From: Scyliorhinus canicula
Lineage: Eukaryota
Direction: 5' to 3'
Length of the DNA stretch: 64,000 bases
NCBI RefSeq assembly: GCF_902713615.1
Contig: NC_052162.1
Span: forward strand, 117,667,989-117,731,988
In this document: piece by piece, positions 49,498-64,000 of the stretch
Layout: each line of letters begins with the position of its first letter
Position numbering within the stretch: position 1 is the stretch's first letter
Translations under genes and position numbers: made by a program
The notes under the pieces: generated by a model
Database searches by the model: none
What the model was told of the DNA's origin: nothing
Seen by the model: the letters and a program-made list of their open reading frames with translations, nothing else

Positions 49498-50172
49498 ATG
49501 GAGAAACCGTGGAAATGTGGTGATTGTGGGAAGGGATTTCGTGCTCCCTCTGATCTAGAGATTCATCGACGCAGCCACACTGGGGAGAGGCCGTTCATCT
49601 GCTCTGTGTGTGCGAAGGGGTTCAGTAAGTCATCTGTCTTGCAGACACACCAGCGAGTTCACAGCAGAGAGCGGCCATTCACCTGCCTTGACTGTGGGAA
49701 AGGATTCACTCATTCATGGAACCTGCAGACACACCAGCGAGTTCACACTGGCGAGAGGCCATTCACCTGTTCTGAGTGTGGGAAGGGCTTCAGTCGGTTG
49801 TCCAGCCTGCAGGTACACCGGCGAGTTCACTCCGGGGAGAGGCTGTTCTCCTGTTCTGCATGTGGGAAGGGATTCACTGATCCATCCAACCTGTGGAAGC
49901 ACCAGCGAGTTCACACAGGGGAGAAGCCTTTCACCTGCTCCAAGTGTGGGAAGGGATTCTGTGATTCATCACATCTGCTGGCACACCAGCGAGTTCACAC
50001 TGGCGAGAGGCCATTCATTTGCTCTCAGTGTGGGAAGGGATTCACTCAGTTCTCAAACCTACTGACACATCGGCGACTTCACACCGGGGAGAGGCCATTC
50101 ACCTGCCTGGAGTGCGGGAAGGGATTCACTCAGTTAATATGCCTGCAGAAACACCAACGAGTTCACAAGTGA
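49498..50172 (+). CDS. ZNF gene F, C2H2 zinc-finger protein, 8 fingers, 224 aa
   Basis: ACCATGG Kozak context; open frame [10 protein letters not shown]...HQRVHK-stop; acceptor tttcacag at ~49212. Confidence 0.9.
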   Translation: MEKPWKCGDCGKGFRAPSDLEIHRRSHTGERPFICSVCAKGFSKSSVLQTHQRVHSRERPFTCLDCGKGFTHSWNLQTHQRVHTGERPFTCSECGKGFSRLSSLQVHRRVHSGERLFSCSACGKGFTDPSNLWKHQRVHTGEKPFTCSKCGKGFCDSSHLLAHQRVHTGERPFICSQCGKGFTQFSNLLTHRRLHTGERPFTCLECGKGFTQLICLQKHQRVHK

Positions 50173-50747
50173 TTACAGGTGTTCGATTATAATGTTAATC
50201 ACGTCCAGGACTGAACCATGTTCATTCTGACAGTTAGTGAATAGGGAGAGTCAGAGGGTTTCTTTCAGCTGGACTGATCAGTCTCACAACTTTGCTTCAA
50301 CTGGTCTGATGTTCTTTGCAATTTGCAGCAAAAAGTAGCGTCATGTGTCACATGGATCCCCGAATCAAGAGATATTTTGAAGACAGAATATATTGACTGT
50401 ACTTTTATGTTTGGAACTTCCCATTGTGCCACATTGGCATGGAAATGGGCTGTGGGGATTCGGAAGGTTCTTTTGTTTAATTTTTCTGAGTGTTTCTCAC
50501 AGCAGATTGTTGCAGATTTGGTCCTGTGTAATTTATAGTTCATTTGGAGTTTGTGCGAGAGTAGACGAGGCTGGATGATTTTCCTAGCTTGGAGCTCGAA
50601 ACCTTTGATGGTCCCCACAATGAAAGACAGTGAGCCGAAGGCGGTCAGCTTGAACGGTGAGCTTGGAAAGAGGTGTGAAGCAGCTGCAGGATCCGACAGG
50701 GGAAGCAGTCAGTCTGTCCAAGAAGGCAGTGGAATATATGTAATAGA

Positions 50748-51115
50748 GGGGAGGCAGTGGCATATTGGTATTGTCACTGGACTGGTAATCCAGAGGCCCA
50801 GATAATGCCCTGGGGACTCGGATTCAAATCCACAGCAGATAAGCAAATTTGATTGCAATAAAAAAAAGTGTGGAATTAAAAGTCGAATGATGACCATGAA
50901 ATCATTGTCAGTTGCTGTAAAAACCCCACCTGGTTTACTAATGTCCTTCAGGGAAGGAAATCTGCCGTCCTTACATGTGAATCCATACCCACAGCAATGT
51001 GATTGACTCGTAAAATGTCCTCTGAAATGACCCAGAAAGCCACTCAGTTCAAGGGTAATTAGGGATGAGCAATAAATGCTGGCATAGCCAGTGATGCCCA
51101 ATCCTATGATTGAAT
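50748..51115 (+). mobile_element. tRNA-derived SINE
   Basis: tRNA-like head and CTAATGTCCTTCAGGGAAGGAAATCTGCCGTCC core; partial copy at 52945-52994. Confidence 0.65.
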
Positions 51116-51119
51116 AAAG

Positions 51120-51710
51120 GTAAACATACAAACTAGGAGTTTGGCCACTGGAGTCTGTTCCACCATTCATCTGATCTGATTTTAAACTCAACTCCACATT
51201 CCTGCTGCTCCTGTTCGTCCCCTTGCTTATCAAGAATTTATCCAGCTCTGCCTTCAAAATATTCAAAGACTCTGCTTCTACTGCCCTTTAAGGAAAAAGT
51301 TCCAAAGACTCACAACCCTCTGAGAGAGAAAAAGATTCTCCTCATCTCTGTCTTAAATGAGCGATAACTTATTTTTAAACAGTCCACATCCACCGATGAA
51401 AACCCCTCAGGATCAATGTTTGATCAACTCACCTCTTACTTTTCTAGATTCCAGTGGATACAATCGTAACCTGTCCAACCTTTCCTCATGAGATAACCCA
51501 TCAATTCTTTGTCGTAGTTCAGTAAACCTTCTCTGAATTGCTTGTAAACCATTTACATCTTTCCTTAAATAAGGAGACCGATATTGTACACAGTGCTCCA
51601 GATGTGGTCTCACCAGTGTCCTGTATAACTGAAGCATAACCTCCCTACTCTTGTAATCCAGTCTCCTCGCAATAAAGAACAATATTCTGTTAGCTTTCCT
51701 AATTACTTCG
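51120..51710 (-). mobile_element. CR1 3' fragment
   Basis: YKSREVMLQLYRTLVRPHLEHCVQY..EERLDRLRLY. Confidence 0.85.
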
Positions 51711-52994
51711 AATCTTCACAGCAAGAAAATGTATTTAAATGTGTATTTATTTCAGGAGAAGTTATGGCGTTTTATTGTTCAATACATAATTGGAAATATT
51801 TTAATGCACCAGGTGATCTTCAAGCTGGTGCCATTGGGTGGAGTGAAGGGAAAATGTTTTTTAAAAATAATTTAAATGTTGCATTGTGAAGCGATGGTAT
51901 TATCAGGAAAACTCTTTTAAAGGTTACATTTTTAAACTTTGGAGTGATTTTGTGAGAAACCCGTCTTTGATAGAACTTGAGTGGGGGACATTCTCCCTCC
52001 TGAAGCGAGATTAACCCGAGGCTGGGAAGGTGGCGTTCTTCATAAAGCGCAGGTCAATAAACCCATCAACATGGGTCCAGTGGACAGCGAAGAGAAACTT
52101 TGTATATCCAAGTTAACAAAGAACCGCTGTTGCCAGGCTAATGACTCTTCCTGATTGGTTAACAAACACCAGGCCTGAGAGAAATATTCTGTGAACATTT
52201 TTATTATTTAAAACTCTCAGGGGACAGAGTGTGTGCACCGTGGCAGCCGGCAGCAAGATAAAGTCTCTCTCTTCCTCCCACCTTTTTGTTACATTCGGTT
52301 TCGAGTGAGTTCATCTTTCATCCGAAATGTCTCATCAGAATAACTCATCTATTTTATGAAAGCCTGTAAAGGCGTGATAAATAAAAGTCATCAACGACTT
52401 TCACCATAAATAGAACTTCCAACTTTAACCTGACAGAATTTTGTCAGATCAACAGCACCAAGATCCTTTTGAGGTAGTTGTGTTGGTAGTTGATGAAATG
52501 TTTACTGTGTGTTTATAAAATGTTAACTGAATTCATAGAACAAACATTGTTTTGTTTAAAAATACTTAAAACCTCTGTTGCATAACACCTGAAAAGTGGG
52601 CTCTTGTGCTCCTCATAACCAAAATTTATTAAAAGTTGCAGGTCAGGTAAACTCCATGACATACTTTGGTGTTCTCTAAAGCCTGGCCCAGAACAAGAGT
52701 GTCTGGCAATGTTCGAGTATCTGTATTTTTAGAAAAAGTGGTTAATTGTTACACTTTGAAACTACAACTTGTATGTTCACCAGTTTTATAACTAGATTGT
52801 AAAAAAGATTATTTTACAATAAATCATTTTTTCTGTGTTTACTGAAAGAAGCCTGGGAATAACATTATCAAATTGGCCAGTTTTGTGGGTGAGTTAGATG
52901 TTTAAATTATTGCTATGACTGTGGAGAAAGGGGCTGGATTTAACTGTTGTAAAAACTCACCTGGTTCACGAATGTACTTCAGGAAAGGAAATCT

Positions 52995-55900
52995 GGGGAC
53001 TTCCGGTGGCGGCGATGTCCGAGTGAGCCGCACATTCAGCGGGCTCTCACTCCGGTGGGCGTTTAGGGGCTGATTCCCCGCGATAGCGGGACAACGGAGC
53101 TGAAGGAAGGCGGCAGTGAAAGTGCGGAGGAGCGGGCTGCGGCACATGGAACAGCGGGAGTCCACGAGGCAGAAGAAGAGAGAGAAAAAGGGACAGAGAC
53201 AAGGAGCTGAAGAAACTTACCTGGAACCTAAGATGGCGGACACACGGACCCCGGACTCAGCAATACAGCAGGCGCTGGATAACATGCTCCAGGTAATGAA
53301 ATCCAGTTTTGAAGCGTTGAAGCGGGACAGCTTGGGCCCAATCCAGAAGGCAGTGGATCAGCTGAACCAGAGGCTGGATGCGCAAGATGTTAAAAGTTAA
53401 GGAGCTGGGAGAGGCGGTGGAGGAGCAGGCGGATGCGCAGACTGTTGCGGCGCTAGAAGTTGATGGGCTGAAGGAGCGGCAGAGAAGACTGCTTGACAGA
53501 GTGGAGGAGCTGGAGAATAGAGTCCGCAGGAACAACCTGAGGATGGTCGGCCTCCCGAAGGGGGCTGAGGGAGCTGATGCCACAGCATTTGTAGCAGACC
53601 TATTGATGCAGCTGATGGGGGCCGAAGCCTTTCCGCGACCGCCGGAGCTGGAGGGGGCATACAGAGTGCAGGCGAGGCAGGGGCGGCCGGGTGGACCCCC
53701 CCCCCCCCCCGGATGGTGATTAGGTTCCACAGGTTCGTGGACAAGGAGCGGGTGCTGCGTGGGCAAAGAGCGGCAGGAGCAGCGCGTGGAACAACAGTGT
53801 CCTCCGCATTTACCAGGAACTAAGCCAGGAGGTGGCTCGGCAGCGAGCAGCCTTTAAGAATGTCAAGGAGGTGCTGTTCAAGAAGCACGTGAAGTTTGGT
53901 CTGCTGTTCCCAGCTCGTTTATGGGTCACGCACCAGGGTCAACACCACTACTTCTCCGAGCCTGAAGAAGCGATGGACTTTGCGAGGGATCAGGGGCTGG
54001 TCCCGAAAAGAGGCCCCACGGACGCGAATTAGGGCCCGAGGATTACCGTGGGATGGTACGCCGAATGGGCCTGGACTGCTGTTCAATGGTTTGCTGGGTC
54101 AAAGGTGCCAAGCGGAACATCTGGGACTCTTTCCTTTGTTCATGGACATTGGTTTGGGGGGTTTTTTGTTTTTTGTTCTCTTATGTTTTTGTTTTTTCCT
54201 CTTTTTCTGTTTTTTCCTTTTTGGGCAGATTTTTACTTTTTGTGCGGCTTGTGGAGGACACTGGAGCCGGCACGGTAACGTCAGCAAGGGGGGCCAAGGA
54301 CGTGGGTTGGGGGTTTTTTGATTTGTTGATGACCATGCCTTCCTGTGCCAGTGCATTTGCTCCAGTGGGTTGGAGAGGGGGATGGGGAAGCCGGGGAGGG
54401 GGAGGACGGGGAAACAATGGGAATGAGACAGGAGGGCGCCGGAGTGTTGAGTCGCTGGGTTAGCAGATTGGCTAGTCAAGGGAGTCAGGTGGGGGGGGAG
54501 ATAACAGCCAGTGGATGGCAGGTGTGGGGGCTATCGGGAGATGTTGTTGGGGGGGGGGGGGGGGGGTTCTGCTGACATGGGAGGGACTTGAAATAGGCAC
54601 TGGAAAGGAGGTTGAGGGTGGAGGCAGCCAACGGGCGGGCCAGGAATGGCGCGATGCACGGGCCGGGGGCCGGCCCGAGAAAGGCTATGGCTGACCGGCG
54701 GGGTGGGGGGGGTGGGGGGTGTTGTGCCCCCGACCAGGCTGATCACCTGGAACATCAGGGGACTGAATGGGCCGGTTAAGAGGGCACAGGTGTTCGCGCA
54801 CTTGCGGGCTCTGAAGGCGGACGTAATTATGTTGCAGGAGATATATCTGAAAGTGTCTGACCAGACCAGGCTAAGGAAGGGTCGGATTAGCCAGGTCTTC
54901 CACTCGGACTTGGACTCAAAGTCCAGGGGGTGGCAATCATGATCGACAAGCGGGTGCAATTTGAGGCGGAGGGCATAGCCGCAGACAGGGGGGGCAGATA
55001 CCTGATGGTACGGGGCAGACTGGAGGGGAGAAGAGTGGTGCTGGTGAATATATATGCCCCGAACTGGGATGACGTGGACTTCATTAAAAGAGTTCTGGGG
55101 AAGATCCCGGACCTGGACTCCCGCAGGCTAATATTGGCGGGGGGGGGGGGGGACTTTAACATGGTTTTTGACCCGGCTTTGGATCGGTCGTGTCCCAGAA
55201 CGGGTAGACTCCCAGCAATGGCAAGGGAGCTGAAAGGGTTCATGGAGCAAATGGGGGCAGTGGACCCCTGGAGAGCCAGACAGCCGACAGGAAGGGGCTA
55301 CTCGTTTTATTCGCACGTCCATAAAGTATATTCTAGGATAGATTTCTTTGTACTAAGCAGGGATTGTATAGGGGAGGTAAAGAACACAGAATATTCGGCA
55401 ATTACTATCTCAGACCATGCCCCGCACTGGGTAGACCTGCAGATCGGGGGAGCGAGCTACCAACGCCCGCAATGGAGGCTAGACGTGGGACTGCTGTCGG
55501 AGGAGGGGATCTGTGAGAGGCTTCGGAGATGTATGCAAAATTACCTGCAGGTGAATGACACGGGGGAGGTCTCAGCGGCGACCCTGTGGGAGGCGCTAAA
55601 GGCAATAGTGAGGGGGGAGCTGATTTCAATTGGGGCCCACAGAGCCAAGGCAGACCGGGCAGAGATGGATAGATTGGTCAGAGAAATGGGTCGGATAGAT
55701 GAAGAGCACGCGGAGTCCCCGGGGGAGGTTTTACTCAGGGAGAGGCAGAGACTACAGGCGGAACTGGGGGCACTATCCACGAGTAGGGCCGTGCAACAGC
55801 TTAGGAAGGCAAGGGGAGTGGTGTACGAGCATGGGGAAAAGGCTAGCAGACTGTTAGCGCAGCAACTCAGGAGGAGGGAGGCGGCCAGGGAAATAGGTAG

Positions 55901-58480
55901 AGTGAGGGACAGGGGGGGCGCAAAGTGGAGGACCCGGCAGAATTGAATAAGGTATTCCGGGACTTCTATCGTACGCTGTATACTTCGGAGCCGCCGGAAG
56001 AACCGGAGGGGATGAAAAGGTTTCTGGACAGGTTAACCTTCCCAACAGTAGGTGGGGGGCGAGTGGAAGAGCTGGGGGCCCCGATTAGAGGAGGTATTGG
56101 GGGGCCTTAAGGCCATGCAATCGGGGAAGTCCCCGGGGCCGGATGGATACCTAGTCTAGTTCTATAGGAAGTTCTCTGAGCTGGTGGGCCCGGTCTTGGC
56201 GAGGGTTTTCAATGAGGCAAGGGACAGAGGGACCCTGCCGCCGACAAGGTCACAAGCCACCATATCACTGATATTGAAGCGGGGTAAAGACCCGGAGGCG
56301 TGCGGGTCCTACAGGCCAATCTCCCTGATTAATGTAGACGCCAAGCTCCTGGCAAAGGTACTGGCGGGTAGAATGGAGGACTGCGTACCGGAGGTGATTG
56401 GGGAGGATCAAACGGGGTTCGTGAAAGGTAGGCAGCTGGCGGCCAACCTGAGAAGATCACTTAATGTGATAATGATGCCCCCAGTGGGTAGGGAGGTGGA
56501 GGTAGTGGTGGCAATGGACGCCGAGAAGGCCTTTGACCGGGTGGAGTGGGACTATCTATGGGAGGTGCTCGGACGGTTTGGGTTCGGGGAGGGATTGGTG
56601 GATTGGATCAAATTATTATATCAGTCCCCGAGGGCCAGTGTCAGGAGCAACAGAGAAGTGTCGGAGTACTTTAGGTTGTACCGAGGGACCAGACAGGACT
56701 GCCCGCTCTCCCCGCTGCTGTTTGCGCTGGCCATAGAGCCGCTGGCGATTGCGCTGAGAGCCGCAGAGGGATGGAAGGGGATGGTGAGGGGCGGGGTAGA
56801 ACATAGGGTCTCTCTTTACGCAGACGACCTGCTCCTGTACGTGTCGGACCCAGTGGCCGGGATGGGAACTATACTGGGAATGCTGAGGAAGTTCGGCCAG
56901 TTCTCAGGATACAAATTAAATACGGTCAAGAGTGAAATGTTTGTGGTCCAGGCAAGGGGCCAGGAGAACAGATTGAGAGGCCTCCGTTTAGGCTGGTTGA
57001 GGAAAATTTCCGGTATTTGGGAATCCAGGTGGCACGAGACTGGGGCAGGCTGCATAAGTTAAATTTGGCCAGGGTGGTGGAGCAAATGAAGGGAGAGTTT
57101 CGGAGATGGGATGCACTCCCGCTGTCGCTGACAGGGAGGGGGCAGACTGTAAAGATGACAATCCTCCCTCGATTTTTGTTTATTTTTCAGTGCCTCCCGA
57201 TCTTTATCCCACAGTCCTTCTTCAAAAGAGTTAACGGGCTGATCATGAGCTTTGTCTGGGCGGGAAAATCCCCGCGGGTGAAGAAGGCAATGTTGGAGAG
57301 GAACCGCAGCGAGAGAGGGCTGGCTTTGCCGAGTCTGATCAATTATTACTGGCCGGCCAACATCGCTATGATAAGGAAGCGGATGGTGGGTACGGGGTCT
57401 ATTTGGGAGCGGGTGGAGGTGGCTTCGTGCAGGGGCTCCAGCTTGGCAGCCCTGGTCACGGCTCCGCTACCGCTGCCGCCGGCCAAGTACACCACCAGCC
57501 CGGTAATGGTGGCGACCCTGCGGATATGGGGCCAGTGGAGGAGGCATGTAGGGGAGATGGGGGCGTCTGTCTGGGCGCCAATCTGCGACAACCATCGGTT
57601 TGCCCCCGGGAGTATGGATGGGGGGTTCCGAGTATGGCGGCGGGCGGGGGCGGGAAGGGTGGGTGATATGTTCCTGGAAGGGAGCTTTGCGAGTTTGAGG
57701 AGCTTGGAGGAGAAATTTGGGTTGGTAAGGGGAAATGATTTTAGATACCTACAGTTGCGGGACTTTGTTCGTAGACAGGTCCCATCTTTCCCACGCCTCC
57801 CGCCAATGGGGATCCTAGACAGAATAGTCTCTAGGAGGGAAGAAGGGGAGGGTAGAGTCTCGGGTATTTATAAGGTGCTCATGAGGGAGGAAGGGTCCCA
57901 GACAGAGGAACTGAAACTTAAATGGGAGGAGGAGCTAGGCGGGGAAATGGAGGATGGGCTGTGGGCAGAGGCCCTGAGTAGGGTAAATTCGACCGCGACA
58001 TGTGCTCGGCTCGGGCTGATTCAATTTAAGGTCGTTCACCGGGTCCATATGACGGTGGCTCGGATGAGCAAATTCTTCGGGATAGAGGACAAATGCGCTA
58101 GGTGCGCGGGAGGACCAGCGAACCACGTTCACATGTTTTGGGCATGCCCTAAGCTGAGGGGGTACTGGGAGGGATTTGCGGGGGTCATGTCCCAGGTGCT
58201 AAAAACAAGGGTGGTGATGAGTCCAGAGGTGGCAATGTTTGGGGTTTCGGAAGACCCGGGGGTCTAGGGGGAGAAAGAGGCCGATGTTTTGGCCTTTGCT
58301 TCCCTGATAGCCCGGCGACGAATACTATTGGCGTGGAGGAACTCAAAGCCCCCGAAGACTGAGTGGTGGCTTGCGGACATGGGTATGGAAAAAATTAAGT
58401 TCGCCTTGAGGGGATCTGTGCAGGGGTTCGCCCGGAGGTGGCAACCATTTATTGACTTCTTTGCGGGAGAGTGAGCGTCA
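52995..58480 (+). mobile_element. Near full-length L1-clade LINE (5'UTR, ORF1 ~53146-54032, ORF2 ~54687-58474), disabled
   Basis: ORF1 LENRVRRNNLRMVGLP; endonuclease ITWNIRGLN..GDFN..SDH; RT YRPISLIN, DAEKAFD, YADD; C-terminal HMFWACP; frameshifts and stops; 3'UTR absent. Confidence 0.95.
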
Positions 58481-58735
<255 letters not shown>

Positions 58736-59626
58736 GGTGCGGGTGTGCTTGTGAGGCTCCAGGTTTGACAAAAGTTGAAACCTCGTCCACACACAGAACA
58801 CGTTTACGATCTCTCACCGCTGTGAGTGCTGCAATGTTGTTTTCAGGCTTGTAACTGGTTAAAGCTCTTTCCACAGTCAGTGCTCTGGAACACTCTGACT
58901 CGGGTGTGTGTGTCTTGGTGCTTTTCCAGTCACAACGATGTTCAAAATCTTTTCCCACAGACTAAAAATTATCTTTCTAGATTCACATCTCGATGATATT
59001 CAGATCCTGATGAATGGAGAGACTCTGTTAAATCTTGGTGTGAGGTCTGATTTGCATTTCCCATCTGTAAATCCTCCCCTTGTAATATCCTGGAAAGTGA
59101 GTTTACAAAAATCATCGCTGTCAGTGACAGATAGAAATTCAGATGGGACAATTCTCGTTTCTATGGAATATTTTTTCCTCCTTTTCCCTTAACGTTGTAA
59201 ATCTCCGTCTCGCACACTCGCCCTCCTCCCTGGGCTGAAATGCAAACCCATCTGACCATCTGCACCATTTCTTTCCTCCACTTTCAGTTTTCACCTTCCC
59301 TCTCCCTGGATTCAGTTCTCCAGCTCCTGTCTGCAGACTGACAAAATCAATGAGTCTAATTGAGAGGTTGGGGCCTCCAGCGAGTGTTTGTAAATCCTCC
59401 CCGCCCACCTCCCAGGGTTTCCTTTCTTCCCAGAGATCAGAATCCTCATTGAGTCCAGAGCGGAACCTCTGATTTATTGTCCTCCCCTCCCCCACCCGGA
59501 ACAATGGGGATAGGGGGCGGGGCTGGAGGACTGCGACAGGCACCTGGTCCTCCAACCAATCAGAGTAAATAGGGGTGGGGCCTATTCTCGCTGTTTGATC
59601 CCCTCAATCCTCCACTCACTTAACCA

Positions 59627-59859
59627 TGATGTGGGGATGCCGGCGTTGGACTGGGGTGAGCACAGTACGAAGTCTTACAACACCAGGTTAAAGTCCAACA
59701 GGTTTGTTTCAAACACGAGCTTTCGGAGCGCAGCTCCTTCCTCAGGTGAATAGATTTGTCACCATTCACCTGAGGAAGGAGCTGCGCTCCGAAAGCTCGT
59801 GTTTGAAAGAAACCTGTTGGACTTTAACTTGGTGTTGTAAGACTTCTTACTGTGCTCAC
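59627..59859. mobile_element. Penelope-type palindromic non-autonomous element
   Basis: 96-bp near-perfect inverted arms 59656-59751 and 59764-59859; CTCACTTAACCA direct repeat at 59615-59626 and 59855-59866. Confidence 0.75.
59767..59801 (+). ncRNA. Minimal type I hammerhead ribozyme motif (mirror copy on the minus strand at 59714-59748)
   Basis: CAC-CUGAGGA-A-GGAGC(UGC)GCUCC-GAAA-GC-UC-GUG: both conserved core boxes, helix II, palindromic AGCU helix III and a CAC/GUG helix I. Confidence 0.65.
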
Positions 59860-60870
59860 TTAACCAAGATGGCGGCCGTTAACTTGGGCCAAGTTTCAGG
59901 AGGGAGAAATTCCGAAGGTGCGAACCAGGGAGCTGACAATTTTCAATAGGGCTTTGCCGACCATAAAGTTTTTTCCAAACCTTCCCACCACCTCCTTAGT
60001 TTCCCTCGTCTTCTGTCGGACGAACAGGTAAACAGTTCGACAACTGCGCTTGCGTGCTGGTGTCCCAGCCCGGGGAAGCTGCGCATGTGCAGTGTCCCCC
60101 TCCCGCGCTTCATGCTGAGGACTTGACCAATGGGAATACTTGGCGGACCGGAAGGAGTCTGCACCTCCAGCCAATCAGAACACGGGCTTGTGTGACTAAA
60201 GATTGAGCTTAACGCAGACTGAAACCTCCTCCTGTCTCCAACATCTGGGAGTAAAACACTTTCTTTTCTCCCCCTTTCCATTTCTTTTCTCATTCTCACC
60301 TTCAATTGGTCACTTGCAGCAACTGAAGGGAAAGGAAGTGAATCCAGGGAGGGTGCAGACTCTAGAAAGCTTGGCCCAGGTCTCTCTCTCTCTCAAAGAC
60401 ATTGACATCCTTTGCTCCCTCAGCTTGACACATTTATTTGTCTGGCTTAAAGGATCGTCTCTTTCCTAATGTTCACATTAAAGGGCTGGTTTGAGATGGT
60501 TGACATTTAAGGGGACACTAAATTAATATTGAACGGAGAAATATCTACTGTTGTCATATGGTACAGATTAGATATATAATTTATGGTTATGTAAAGTACA
60601 TTTATTATTATTTCTAGTTGTATATTGTATTTCCAGTCAAAGAGTCAAGATGGCACAGAAGCTGTCCATTGGACAACTTGAATCCATGCCGACTCTCTGT
60701 CAAGCAATTCTGTAATTCTCAGCATATCTTCCTGTAACCCAGCAGTATCCATCCAATTTCCTTCACAAATTATCGTACTCGATTAACCTCATAGGCAACA
60801 AGTTCAATATTCTGATCAATCTACTCCGTCCATGAAAGACGTTTCAGTCCCAGCCTGCATGTGTGTCCAG

Positions 60871-62605
<1,735 letters not shown>

Positions 62606-62609
62606 CGCA

Positions 62610-63525
62610 GTGCGGCGCATTTTTTATATGGTAAAAAGGCCGCTCAGGGGCTTTGAGTCCCTCCACATTAATAAAATCCATCTCCGGGCTACTAGGGATG
62701 CAAAGGCCAAGGCGTCGGCCTCTTTCGCCCCCTGAACTCCCGGGTCTTCTGCCACTCCAAAGATCGCTACCTCCGCACTCGGCACCACCCGGTGTTAAGC
62801 ACCTTGGACATTGCCCTCGCGAACCCCTGCCAGAACTCTCTCAGCTCTGGGCATGCCCAAAACATGTGGACATGGTTTGCTGGGCTGCCCTTGCCTTTAA
62901 TTCCAAAAAACGTGCTCATTCTCGCTGCCGTCATGTGTGCCCGGTGAACCACCTTAAATTGAATTAGACTGAGCCAGGCACATGATGAGGAGGAATTAAC
63001 CCTGTCCAGGACCTCTGTCCACAGACCCGCTTCCAACTCCTCACCTAGCTCCTCCTCCCACTTGCCCTTTGAGCTCCTCCACCGGGGTTTCCTGTAGTTC
63101 CTGGTAGATATCCGACACCCTCCCTTCCTCCACCCAGGTGCCAGAGACCACCCTGACCCGTATCCTCAGTGACGGCAGCGTCGGAAAGGCCACCACCTGT
63201 TTTTTCAGGAAGGATCGTACTTGCAGATATTTAAAGGCATTTCCTGGCGGCAGATTAAATTTGTCCTCTCGCGCCTTCAAACTGGGAAAGCTTCCTTTCA
63301 TGAACAGATACCCCATCCTTCTCATGCCTGCCCTCTGCCGGCTCTGGAACCCACCATCCATCTTACCCGGGACAAACCTGTGGTTGTTACATATCAAGGT
63401 CCAGACCGATGCGCCCTCCACCTTCTTGTACCTCCTCCACTGTCCCCAGATCCTCAGTATCACCACCACCACCGGACTTGTGGAGTAACGGGTCGGCGAG
63501 CCCCCACCCCAACTCACCCACTTTA
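62610..63525 (-). mobile_element. L1 ORF2 C-terminal fragment
   Basis: YSTSPVVVVILRIWGQW..LSLIQFKVVHRAH..HMFWACP. Confidence 0.85.
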
Positions 63526-64000
63526 AAAAGGCCTTAGGGCTGTTGTTTTAGGGCTTTGTTTTAGGCCCAACAAGGCTGAAGAACGCTGTCCGCCTGCCTT
63601 TCACCACCTGTGGCGGGTGTGGGGCAGCCCGAGACATTATTTTAGGCCCCTCCTTGGCTGAAGAATGCTGCCCAGCTCTGCTGTTGCCCTGCAGCACCTT
63701 CCCTTGTGGCACCTGCTGTTGTGGTGCCACATCCATCCCCCCTCCCCACACCCTTTCCCTATTACCCTGGTCTTAGATACACGACCAGACTGTACCAGGG
63801 GTGGACATGGCCAATACCCCAGGGGCATCCTCCACTCTGCCGGGGACAGGGCTGCCAAGAACCTATGCGGGGGCGGCAGCCCCTAGACCCTCCGCTGCCC
63901 CCTCGCCTTTCTGCCTACTACCATGGCAACTTAGGGTCAAATGTTATGCCCATCCCCACCATGACCATCAAGGTGTGCACACGTGCAATGGCCGGGATCT

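Larger units (their letters stand above)
59540..60510. promoter_or_regulatory. Promoter cassette P5 (serves G and H)
   Basis: CCAAT ~59556, YY1 AAGATGGCGGC ~59866, NRF1 TGCGCATGTGCA, CCAAT 60127/60171 around ACCGGAAG; right arm 60200-60510. Confidence 0.75.

Noticed and set aside
63545-64000. GC-rich segment at the window end
   Set aside because: Probably a repeat, but truncated by the window and not assignable

Overview
Vertebrate, almost certainly elasmobranch (shark-type), genomic DNA. This assignment is inferred from the V-SINE/Deu-SINE, CR1, L1 and Penelope repeat complement. The window is a birth-and-death cluster of KRAB-less, finger-only C2H2 zinc-finger (ZNF) genes in strictly alternating orientation: A(-), B(+), C(-), D(+), E(-), remnant E'(-), F(+), G(-), H(+). 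They form head-to-head pairs around a repeated CpG-rich bidirectional promoter cassette (CCAAT-ETS-CCAAT, NRF1, CRE/YY1 motifs), and in the best-preserved copies the two arms of the cassette are inverted repeats. B (10 fingers), C (6), E (7) and F (8) have open CDSs; A, D, G and H are disabled. All paralogs carry fossil zinc fingers with shared stop codons upstream of a common MEK(P/R)WKC start. Between the genes lie: a 42-bp minisatellite in which every unit looks like a full CTCF site (11 co-oriented sites); a processed QTRT1 pseudogene; a ~3-kb CpG-rich 32-bp satellite; a hAT MITE; solo LTRs; a Copia-like gag relic; a near full-length L1; and a Penelope-type hairpin carrying minimal hammerhead-ribozyme motifs inserted in one promoter. 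All calls were made by eye, without database searches, and repeat boundaries are approximate.
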